This document shows, piece after piece, positions 56,887 through 64,000 of a stretch of 64,000 nucleotides of DNA. This DNA comes from Candidatus Limnocylindrales bacterium. Lineage in GTDB: Bacteria > Chloroflexota > Limnocylindria > Limnocylindrales > CSP1-4. Positions within the stretch are counted from its first letter, which is position 1; each line of letters begins with the position of its first letter. The position numbers and the translations under genes were made by a program. Where the stretch lies: contig DASSHB010000134.1 in the NCBI GenBank assembly GCA_035693125.1, positions 11,758 to 75,757 on the forward strand, in the 5' to 3' direction. A model generated the notes under the pieces. The model had not been told where the DNA came from. It saw only the letters and a program-made list of their open reading frames with translations, and ran no database searches.

Positions 56887-58377
56887 GTGCGGTACGTCCT
56901 CGGGATCGACACCTCGACGACCGCGACGAAGGCCGTCCTGGTCCGCGACGACGGCACGGTCGCGGGAATCGGGTCGTCGGCGTACTCCTTCGACGTCCCG
57001 CGACCGCTCTGGAGCGAGCAGGACCCGGAGCTGTGGTGGCAGGGCACGGTCGAGGCGATCCGGTCCGTCCTCACGCTGAGCGACGCCCGCGGCGAGGAGA
57101 TCGTCGCGATCGGGCTGACCGGCCAGATGCACGGGCTCGTCCTGCTCGACGCGTCCGATCGGGTGCTGCGGCCGGCGATCCTCTGGAACGACCAACGGAC
57201 GGCGGCCGAGTGCGATGCGATCCGCGCGGCCGTTGGTCCGGAACGGCTGATCGCCCTCACCGGGAACGACGCCCTCACCGGCTTCACGGCCCCGAAGCTC
57301 GTCTGGGTTCGCGACCACGAGCCGGAGCTCTGGGCACGGGCGGCACGTGTCCTCCTGCCGAAGGACTTCGTCCGACTGCGCCTGACCGGGGACCACGCAA
57401 TGGACAAGGCCGATGGCGCGGGGACGATCCTGTTCGATCTCGCGGCGCGGGACTGGTCGAGCGAGGTCGTCGATGCGCTCGGGATCCCGCGGGCGTGGCT
57501 CCCGCCGACGTTCGAGGGACCGAGCGTCACCGGTGTCGTGTCGGCGGCCGCCGCCGCGGCTACCGGACTTCGAGCCGGCTCGCCCGTGGTCGCGGGCGGC
57601 GGCGACCAGGCGGCGAACGCGGTGGGGGTGGGCGTCGTGGATCCCGGAACGGTGGCGCTGTCCCTGGGAACATCCGGCGTCGTCTTCGCGGCGACCGACG
57701 CACCGATCGTCGAGCCGCGCGGTCGCGTCCACGCCTTCTGCCACGCCGTGCCGGATCGCTGGCACCTGATGTCGGTGATGCTGTCGGCGGCGGGCTCGTT
57801 CCGCTGGTTCCGCGACACGCTCGCGCCCGGCGAGGACTTCGGCGCGCTGGCCGAATCGGCCGGCAGCGTCGCGGCCGGAAGCGACGGCCTCTGGTTCCTG
57901 CCCTACCTCACCGGCGAGCGGTCGCCGCATCCGGATCCCCTCGCCCGTGGAGCGTTCGTCGGGCTCACGGTCAGCCACGAGCGCCGCCACCTGGCGCGGT
58001 CGGTGCTGGAGGGCGTCGCGTACGGCCTGCGCGATGGGCTGGATCTCATGACCGGGGCCGGGATGCCGGCGCCCAGCACGATCCGGGCCTCCGGCGGCGG
58101 GATCGCCAGCCCGGTCTGGCGCCAGATCCTCGCCGACGTCCTCGAGGCGGAGATCGTCACCGTCGCCACGACCGAGGGCGCGGCGTTCGGCGCGGCGGTC
58201 CTGGGCGCGGTGGGCGCCGGCTGGTTCGGCCGCGTCGCCGACGCGACGTCGGTATGGGTCTCCACGACGCTCGCGGCCACGCCCGGCCCGGATGCCGCCG
58301 CGTATCGCGACGGGCACGCCAGGTACCGCGACCTCTACCCCGCGCTCGCCCCGACATTCCACGCCACCCTGAGCTGA
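56887..58377 (+). CDS. xylB: Xylulokinase (FGGY family)
   Basis: VRYVLGIDTSTTATKAVL N-terminus, and GLTGQMHGLVLLD and GGGDQAANAVG motifs. Start re-set within track ORF 55681..58377. Confidence 0.9.
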   Translation: MRYVLGIDTSTTATKAVLVRDDGTVAGIGSSAYSFDVPRPLWSEQDPELWWQGTVEAIRSVLTLSDARGEEIVAIGLTGQMHGLVLLDASDRVLRPAILWNDQRTAAECDAIRAAVGPERLIALTGNDALTGFTAPKLVWVRDHEPELWARAARVLLPKDFVRLRLTGDHAMDKADGAGTILFDLAARDWSSEVVDALGIPRAWLPPTFEGPSVTGVVSAAAAAATGLRAGSPVVAGGGDQAANAVGVGVVDPGTVALSLGTSGVVFAATDAPIVEPRGRVHAFCHAVPDRWHLMSVMLSAAGSFRWFRDTLAPGEDFGALAESAGSVAAGSDGLWFLPYLTGERSPHPDPLARGAFVGLTVSHERRHLARSVLEGVAYGLRDGLDLMTGAGMPAPSTIRASGGGIASPVWRQILADVLEAEIVTVATTEGAAFGAAVLGAVGAGWFGRVADATSVWVSTTLAATPGPDAAAYRDGHARYRDLYPALAPTFHATLS

Positions 58378-58393
58378 CGCGTCCGGCGCGTCA
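58375..58393 (+). terminator. Hairpin overlapping the xylB stop (tgacgcg-tccgg-cgcgtca)
   Basis: 7-bp inverted repeat read directly from the sequence. Confidence 0.3.
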
Positions 58394-58480
58394 TCGCCCG
58401 GACGCCGCGCGAGGCCGTGCGTACCGGCGGCGTCCGGCCAGCGCGTTCGTGATGCGCCCGACGCGGCGCGCGCGTCGGGC

Positions 58481-58682
58481 GCGCGAGACGGACCGGCCGG
58501 CCTCGCCCGGACGTCCCGCGCCGAGATGACGCGGCGCGCGCGTGGTCGGACGCTGCGCGCGCCGAGATGACGCGGCGCGCGCGAGACGGACCGACCGGCC
58601 TCGCCCGGACCTTCCGCGCCCCGAGATGAGTTGGTGCGCGCGTGGCGGACCTTCCGCGCGCCGAGATGACGCGGCGCGCGCG
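58481..58682. repeat. Tandem ~98/100-bp duplication containing four copies of a 26-nt GC-rich hairpin motif
   Basis: Unit 1 is 58481-58578 and unit 2 is 58579-58678; they align with a few substitutions and small indels. The motif CGCGCCGAGATGACGCGGCGCGCGCG occurs at 58517, 58558 and 58657, with a degenerate copy at 58614. Confidence 0.8.
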
Positions 58683-58912
58683 TCATCCTGCGCATGAGCC
58701 CACGGGGCCGAACCCGGCGCTGACGCCGGACGAGTGCGCTCGTGACCGCCCTGACGCGCGAGCCGCGTCAGACCAGGGCGCTGGGCGGCCGCGGCGACGG
58801 ACGGGTCATCACGTGACCCACCTGCCCCATGAACATGCACCGGTCGCGAGCGATCGTCGTCGACCCGGGCGCGGTCGTCCGCGAATGGGTCAGCTGGTGA
58901 CCCGGCGGAGCC

Positions 58913-59728
58913 TCAACCGCGAAGCTCGAGCTCCTCGCGGTCCTGCGCGGTGACGTCGCCCGGCTTCTTGCCCAAGATGATCATCCCGAGGATGTCGTCC
59001 GTGTCGACCTCGTGCTTGTTCACCGTGTCGACGATCCGACCGTGGTACATCACGCTGACCCGATCGGCCAGGTCGTACACGTCGTGGATGTCGTGGCTGA
59101 TCAGGAAGATCCCGATGCCCTCGTTCTTCAGCTGCCGGACGAGGTTCCGGACCTGCGCGGTCTCGGCCGGACCGAGCGCCGCGGTGGGCTCGTCCATGAT
59201 CAGGATCTTCGCGTTGAAATAGACGGCCCGGGCGATCGCCACGGCCTGGCGCTGGCCGCCGGACAGCGACATCACGGGCATGTTGAACCGCTGGAAGTTC
59301 GGGTTCAGGCGGCCCATGACCTTCCGGGTCGCGTCTTCCATGCGATCGTCGTCGAGGTTGCCGAGGCGACTCGTCAGCTCGCGCCCCAGGAACAGGTTGG
59401 CCGGCGCATCGAGGTTGTCGGCCAGCGCCAGCGTCTGGTAGATCGTCTCGATCCCGTGCGCCTTGGCGTCACGCGGGTTGGAGATCTCCACCGGCGTGCC
59501 ATTGATCAGGATCTCGCCGGTGTCGGCTCGCTGAGCGCCCGCGAGCACCTTGGTGAGCGTCGACTTGCCCGCGCCGTTGCCACCGACTAGCCCGACCACC
59601 TCGCCCGGACGCAAGTCGATCGACACGTCGCGGACGGCGTGGACGCCGCCGAAGGCGACATTGATGTTGCGCAGCTCGACGAGCGGCGCGGTGGTCGTGG
59701 TCGTCATGGCCGCTGCCTCCGCCGTCAT
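58913..59728 (-). CDS. xylG: Sugar (xylose-type) ABC transporter ATP-binding protein, single ABC domain
   Basis: Walker [17 protein letters not shown] signature and [11 protein letters not shown] Walker B. The ATG at 59728 overlaps the xylH stop (ATGA); an alternative ATG lies at 59707. Confidence 0.85.
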   Translation of the reverse strand: MTAEAAAMTTTTTAPLVELRNINVAFGGVHAVRDVSIDLRPGEVVGLVGGNGAGKSTLTKVLAGAQRADTGEILINGTPVEISNPRDAKAHGIETIYQTLALADNLDAPANLFLGRELTSRLGNLDDDRMEDATRKVMGRLNPNFQRFNMPVMSLSGGQRQAVAIARAVYFNAKILIMDEPTAALGPAETAQVRNLVRQLKNEGIGIFLISHDIHDVYDLADRVSVMYHGRIVDTVNKHEVDTDDILGMIILGKKPGDVTAQDREELELRG

Positions 59729-61038
59729 CGCGATCGCCGCCGGGCCCACTGGTCGACGCCCACGACGGCAACGAGGACGATGGCCAGGACCATGTTGATC
59801 TGGGGCGAGTTGAACTGGAGGAAGCTCAGCCCGTACTGGAGCGACTGCATGACGAGCGCGCCCAGAATGGCGCCGGGGATCGATCCCACGCCGCCCGCGA
59901 AGAGCGTTCCTCCGATCACCGCGGCGGCGATCACGTACAGCTCATAGCCCGTTCCCAGGTCGAGCGTTCCGCCGTTCAGGCGGGCCGAAGCGATCGCACC
60001 GCTGATCGCGCACAGGATCCCCATCACGATGAAGATCTTCATGACGGTCCAGCGCGTGTTGATGCCCGCCAGCTCCGCGGCCTGCGGGTTCCCGCCGTAG
60101 GCGTAGATGTCGCGTCCGAAGCGGCGACGGGTCGAGATGAACGTCATGACGATCGTGACCCCGATCAGGATCAGGAGCGGGAAGGGGATCCCGGCCTGGA
60201 TCTGGAGGCCGCCGGGCGGCTCGACGATGCCGTGCTTCGCCGCGTACTGCGTGGCCAGACCGGCCGGCCACAGGTAGCTGTTCGCCGTGAAGACGGCGCC
60301 GAGCACGACGGCGATCGCGATCGCCCCGACGAGGACCTCGGCCCACATCGGGCGGACCGGGAAGCCGAACCGGTGGCGCTGGCGTCGGGCATTGACGAGG
60401 AGGTACACCGCGGCGACGCACACGATGATCCCGAAGACCCAGCTGAGCGGCCCGCCCAGGGAGCCCTCCGGTCCACCGCCCAGGAGCACGAAGGTCGGGT
60501 CGTCGGGCGCGACCGTCGTCCCGCCGCTGAGCTGCCAGGTGAGTCCGCGGAACAGGAACAGCCCACCCAGCGTGACCACGAACGAGGGGATCTCCAGGTA
60601 CGCGATCAGGAAGCCCTGGAGCGCGCCGATCGCGATTCCGACGAGCACGCCGACCGCGAGCGCGATGATCCAGACGAGGGGGTGGTTGGTGGGGAACCCG
60701 ATCGTCTCGGGCAGGAAGTGGGCCATGAACTCGGCATAGACCATCCCGATGAACCCGACGACGGATCCGACCGACAGGTCGATGTTGCGCGACACGATCA
60801 CGAGGACCATCCCGGTCGCGAGGATCGCGGTGCCCGCGGTCTGGACCGAGAAGGTCAGGAAGCTGACCGGAGAGATGATGTCGGGCTTGGCGAACCAGAG
60901 GCCGAGCCAGATCGCGATCAGAGCGACGACCATGCCGAACTGGCGAAGGTCGATCTCGGTGACCCGGATCAGGTCGATGAGGCTCGACCCACCGCGGCCC
61001 GCGAGTGGATTCCGGGCCGTCCCAGCCACATCTGTCAT
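59725..61038 (-). CDS. xylH: Sugar (xylose-type) ABC transporter permease
   Basis: 437-aa multi-TM protein lying between the xylF-like and xylG-like genes. Confidence 0.85.
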   Translation of the reverse strand: MTDVAGTARNPLAGRGGSSLIDLIRVTEIDLRQFGMVVALIAIWLGLWFAKPDIISPVSFLTFSVQTAGTAILATGMVLVIVSRNIDLSVGSVVGFIGMVYAEFMAHFLPETIGFPTNHPLVWIIALAVGVLVGIAIGALQGFLIAYLEIPSFVVTLGGLFLFRGLTWQLSGGTTVAPDDPTFVLLGGGPEGSLGGPLSWVFGIIVCVAAVYLLVNARRQRHRFGFPVRPMWAEVLVGAIAIAVVLGAVFTANSYLWPAGLATQYAAKHGIVEPPGGLQIQAGIPFPLLILIGVTIVMTFISTRRRFGRDIYAYGGNPQAAELAGINTRWTVMKIFIVMGILCAISGAIASARLNGGTLDLGTGYELYVIAAAVIGGTLFAGGVGSIPGAILGALVMQSLQYGLSFLQFNSPQINMVLAIVLVAVVGVDQWARRRSR

Positions 61039-61087
61039 GACCGCCTACTCCTCACTGGGTCGACTTCCGATGCGGGCCGAATCGAGA

Positions 61088-61122
61088 ACGACCTGCTCCG
61101 CGGGGTCCGCGGAGCAGGTCGT
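61088..61122 (-). terminator. Stem-loop between xylF and xylH
   Basis: 16-bp inverted repeat acgacctgctccgcgg / ccgcggagcaggtcgt around a 3-nt centre. Confidence 0.45.
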
Positions 61123-61145
61123 AGCGTTGACCGATCGAGGGTTGG

Positions 61146-62264
61146 TCAGCAGCCGGACACGGATCCGGCAGTGACGCCGGCGCAGACCGCGTCCTTCGTC
61201 GCCCATCCCGCGTCGATGACGTCCTTCACGTTGTCCTTCGTGATCGGCGTCGGGGTGAGGATGATCGACTGGACCGTCTTGCCGCCCGGGGTCTGGAACG
61301 GGGTCGCGGTGAGGCTCGCCGGAGCGGCGGCCGACGGAAGGTCGCTCGGGGCCTTGATCGCGTTCAGCGCGGTCTTGGCACAGAGCTGCACGGCCACGTT
61401 CCCGGCGGTCTCGCCGAGGGCGAACGCGTTCTTCCAGACGGACACGGTCTGCGTGCCGAGCGCGACGCGGTTCAGCGCGGCGGTGTCGCCGTCCTGACCG
61501 CTGACCGGGATCTTCAGGCCGACTGCGCTGAGGGCCTGGACGACACCGGTCGCCATGCTGTCGTTCTCGGAGAGGACCGCGTCGATCTTGTTCTGGTTCG
61601 CGTTGAGCGCGGCTTCCATGTTGTTCTTGGCGTTCGTGGTGTCCCAGTTGTCGGTGTTCTTCTCGAAGACCACCTTGATCCCGGCCGCGTTCGTCTCATT
61701 GAGCTTCGGGATCCCGGCGTCGGTCATGCCCGAGCGCAGGAAGGCCGAGTTCGGGTCGGTGTCCGCACCGAGGATCACGGCGTAGTTGCCCGTCGGAGCG
61801 ACCTTCATCAGCGACTCCGCCATCAGCGTTCCGACCTTCTTGTTGTCGAACGTGATGTAGAAGGTGCTGTCGTCCTCGATCAGGCGGTCATAGGCGATGA
61901 CCGGGATGCCCGCGGTCTTGGCCTTCGCGATGGCGGGCAGGATGCCCTTGTCGTCCTTCGCGAGGACGATCAGGACCTTGGCGCCCTGGTTGATCAGGCT
62001 GTCGATGTCCGTGAGCTGCTGCTCGGCCTTGTCGTTCGCGTCGGCGCGGATGTACGTCCCGCCGCCGGCCGCGATCGCCCTCTGCATGGCCGGCTCATCG
62101 GCCTTCTTCCAGCGTTCCTGGGAGTAGTTGTTCCAGGAGACGCCGACTGTGCAGCCGGTCGCCGTGGCGCCGGATCCACCAGCCCCGGTGCTGGGGCTGC
62201 TGCTGCACGCGCCCAGGACGACCATCGCCCCGGCGGCGAGTGCCACCAACCGTCGAGTGATCAT
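61146..62264 (-). CDS. xylF: D-xylose ABC transporter substrate-binding lipoprotein
   Basis: Lipobox VLGAC. GVSWNNYSQERWKKADEPAMQ...VIAYDRLIED is colinear with E. coli XylF as I remember it. Confidence 0.9.
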   Translation of the reverse strand: MITRRLVALAAGAMVVLGACSSSPSTGAGGSGATATGCTVGVSWNNYSQERWKKADEPAMQRAIAAGGGTYIRADANDKAEQQLTDIDSLINQGAKVLIVLAKDDKGILPAIAKAKTAGIPVIAYDRLIEDDSTFYITFDNKKVGTLMAESLMKVAPTGNYAVILGADTDPNSAFLRSGMTDAGIPKLNETNAAGIKVVFEKNTDNWDTTNAKNNMEAALNANQNKIDAVLSENDSMATGVVQALSAVGLKIPVSGQDGDTAALNRVALGTQTVSVWKNAFALGETAGNVAVQLCAKTALNAIKAPSDLPSAAAPASLTATPFQTPGGKTVQSIILTPTPITKDNVKDVIDAGWATKDAVCAGVTAGSVSGC

Positions 62265-62318
62265 GTGCTTCCACTCCTCCTCGTGAGTTCCCTCATCGCC
62301 AAGGTCGCTCGATCGGCG

Positions 62319-63578
62319 CTAGGCTACCACCCTCCTGACGGCCTGCTTGGGGGTTCGGGACACGTCGTCATCGGCCCGCCGGATCCACGCCGCAGGATCG
62401 GCGAGGACCGGTTCGAAGGCCAGCTCGGCCGCGCCGATCAGGGCGGCCTCCGCACCGAGGCTCCCGGCCACGACCCGGGCGAGGCGGCGCGACGCGGGAA
62501 GGGCCCGCCGATCCAGCTCCGCGTCGACGATCGCGGCGACATACGGGTGGATCCGCTCGAACAGCCCACCGAACACGACGAGCCGCGGGTTGAGGACGTT
62601 GACGAGACCGGCCAGGCCGATCCCGAGCCAGCGGCCGGTCTCCGCCAGGGCCGCCAGGGTGCGCTCGTCACCGGCGGCCGCGTCGCGGAGGAGCGAATCC
62701 ATCTCGGCCCGGCCGTTCGTGGCGGCGTGGCCGGCGCGGCGCAGCAGGCGGAGTCCGCCCACCTCGGTCTCCCAGCAGCCGGTCGAGCCACACGAGCAGA
62801 CGTCGCCATCCGGGTTGATCGGCATGTGGCCGACCTCGCCGCCGTAGCCGGCGACCCCGGTGAACGGCGCACCGTCGATCACGAGTCCGCCGCCGACGCC
62901 CACCTCTCCGGTCACGAACAGGACGTGATCGGCTCCGACGGCGACGCCACGCCGAGCCTCGGCCAACGCGCCCAGCTCGGCCTCGTTGGCGATGGTGACG
63001 GGCAGGTCGTCGCCCAGGACGCGGACCAGCTGGTCGCCGAGCGGTTGGTCGCTCCAGCCCAGGTTCGGAGCCCTGGAGACGAGCCCGTCCGCGCGGCGGA
63101 CGACGCCGGCCACGGCGACACCGATGCCGATGAGGTGGTCGGGTGCCGCACGGCGAGCCCGGATCGTCGCCGCCAGCTCGGCCAGGTCGTCGACGATGGC
63201 GACGAGCGTCGAGTGGCCGCGGCGGCGATCCACGCGGACGTGCTCGAGGACGCGGCCGCCGAGCCCGATCAGTGCCGCGCCGAGCGAATCGACCTCGACG
63301 TCGAGGGCCAGCACGACGGCGCCCTCCGGGCGCGGGTAGACGAGCGGCGAGGGCCGGCCCGGCGTGCCCAGGCGCGTCGCCCGGCCCTCGGCCACGAGGC
63401 CACCGGCGACGAGCTCGCCGATCAGACCGCGGATCGCACTGCGTGTCAGGCCCGTGCTGGCGACGAGGCCCGAGCGCGAGGTGGGACCGCCCGCGTGGAG
63501 CTCGCGCAGGATCGCCCCGAGATTGGCGCGGCGGATCGTCTCGCTCCGCAGTCCGGGTTCGGTTCGAACGGAGGTCAC
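62319..63578 (-). CDS. ROK-family transcriptional regulator (probable xylose repressor)
   Basis: N-terminal winged-HTH (RRANLGAILRELHAGGPTSRSGLVASTGLTRSAIRGLIGEL). ROK zinc motif GHMPINPDGDVCSCGSTGCWE. GTG start. Confidence 0.85.
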   Translation of the reverse strand: MTSVRTEPGLRSETIRRANLGAILRELHAGGPTSRSGLVASTGLTRSAIRGLIGELVAGGLVAEGRATRLGTPGRPSPLVYPRPEGAVVLALDVEVDSLGAALIGLGGRVLEHVRVDRRRGHSTLVAIVDDLAELAATIRARRAAPDHLIGIGVAVAGVVRRADGLVSRAPNLGWSDQPLGDQLVRVLGDDLPVTIANEAELGALAEARRGVAVGADHVLFVTGEVGVGGGLVIDGAPFTGVAGYGGEVGHMPINPDGDVCSCGSTGCWETEVGGLRLLRRAGHAATNGRAEMDSLLRDAAAGDERTLAALAETGRWLGIGLAGLVNVLNPRLVVFGGLFERIHPYVAAIVDAELDRRALPASRRLARVVAGSLGAEAALIGAAELAFEPVLADPAAWIRRADDDVSRTPKQAVRRVVA

Positions 63579-63581
63579 GAG

Positions 63582-63605
63582 GGTTTGTGTTCCTCCTGCT
63601 CAAAT
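63582..63605. promoter_or_regulatory. Candidate xyl operator upstream of the ROK-xylFHG operon (GGTTTGTGTT-N9-CAAAT)
   Basis: GGTTTGTGTTCCTCCTGCTCAAAT has the same 10-mer, the same spacing and the same CAAAT as at 55447-55470. It overlaps the ROK gene's SD (the complement of CCTCCT). Confidence 0.35.
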
Positions 63606-63676
63606 GAACCGGCAGACTCTACCACGCAGCGCGTTGTAGATTGCCGTCCTGTCGCGTCGGCCGGCCGTCACGGCCC

Positions 63677-64000
63677 GTGCGCCCCAGCGACGAGGAGGGC
63701 CGGACCCTGGACGCAGCCACGACGACGACCGGACGGCGGCTCCGCTGGGGGATCCTGGGACCGGGGCGGATCGCGCCGCGGATCGTCCGGGCGCTGCACG
63801 GCAATCCACGCGGAGAGCTCGTCGCCGTCGCGGGTCGCGACCTCGCCCGGGCGACGGCGTTCGCCGAGCGCCACGGCGGCGTCGCGGTCCAGCCGACCTT
63901 CGAGGCGCTCCTCGACGATCCATCGATCGACGTCGTCTACATCGCCCTGCCGAACAGCCTCCACGCCCGATGGACCGTCGCCGCGCTCGACGCCGGCAAG
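63677..64000 (+). CDS. Gfo/Idh/MocA-family oxidoreductase, 5' part (runs off the window; start GTG 63677 or TTG 63641)
   Basis: My own translation of the frame open to the window end gives RLRWGILGPGRIAPRIVRALHGNPRGELVAVAGRDLARATAFAERHG...IDVVYIALPNSLHARWTVAALDAGK, a Rossmann N-terminus of this family. It is not in the supplied track because there is no stop. Confidence 0.7.
   Translation, partial: MRPSDEEGRTLDAATTTTGRRLRWGILGPGRIAPRIVRALHGNPRGELVAVAGRDLARATAFAERHGGVAVQPTFEALLDDPSIDVVYIALPNSLHARWTVAALDAGK

Noticed and set aside
58450-58690. Possible CRISPR array, because a 26-nt repeat occurs 4-5 times.
   Set aside because: Repeat spacing is irregular (about 41, 56 and 43 nt). The 'spacers' are themselves duplicated as part of a ~100-bp tandem unit. 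There are no cas genes in the window, and one repeat is degenerate.
58391-58953. ORFs 58391..58840 (-, 149 aa) and 58642..58953 (+, 103 aa) in the xylB/xylG spacer.
   Set aside because: Both are extremely Arg/Ala-rich, and they translate the DNA repeats into peptide repeats. I found no SD and no family resemblance, so they are most likely non-coding.

Overview
Very GC-rich (about 70% or more by eye, not computed), gene-dense bacterial chromosomal segment. I call about 50 protein genes and one tRNA-Leu(CAA). I recognised no rRNA, CRISPR array, transposase, integrase or phage genes.

The backbone is housekeeping. On the minus strand: an ECF sigma/anti-sigma pair, then polA-mutM-ABC-F-coaE; dnaE; ligA; gatC-gatA; and, 14.8 kb further on, gatB.

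Other content, in order:
- the edge of a Tad/Flp pilus locus (TadG-like, CpaB)
- an orphan PAS histidine kinase, a thioesterase and TerB
- an APH-fold kinase plus AGXT2L-type PLP 'phospho-lyase' pair, translationally coupled to dnaE
- a nucleoside salvage cluster (BMP-type ABC importer plus nucleoside hydrolase), followed by a P450 coupled to a CoA-binding protein
- a LacI-controlled sugar ABC importer with a GH116 beta-glucosidase
- two adjacent STAND-type giants (class III cyclase-ATPase-TPR and ATPase-TPR-LuxR)
- a split xylose regulon (xylAB converging on ROK-xylFHG)

Many gene junctions are 1-4 nt start/stop overlaps (GTGA/ATGA). Many longest-ORF starts in the supplied track are over-extended, and I re-set them.

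The most interesting non-coding signals are:
- a 535-bp convergent spacer carrying a tandem ~100-bp duplication built of GC-rich hairpin repeats
- twin perfect LacI operators
- an AT-rich 21-bp motif shared by the two xyl promoters
- strong stem-loops right after all three solute-binding-protein genes

Taxonomy is uncertain. The synteny looks Actinomycetota-like, but XylA is class II. No single clearly novel multi-gene system can be proven from sequence alone. The best candidates are the split cyclase/STAND/LuxR pair and the dnaE-kinase-phospholyase operon.
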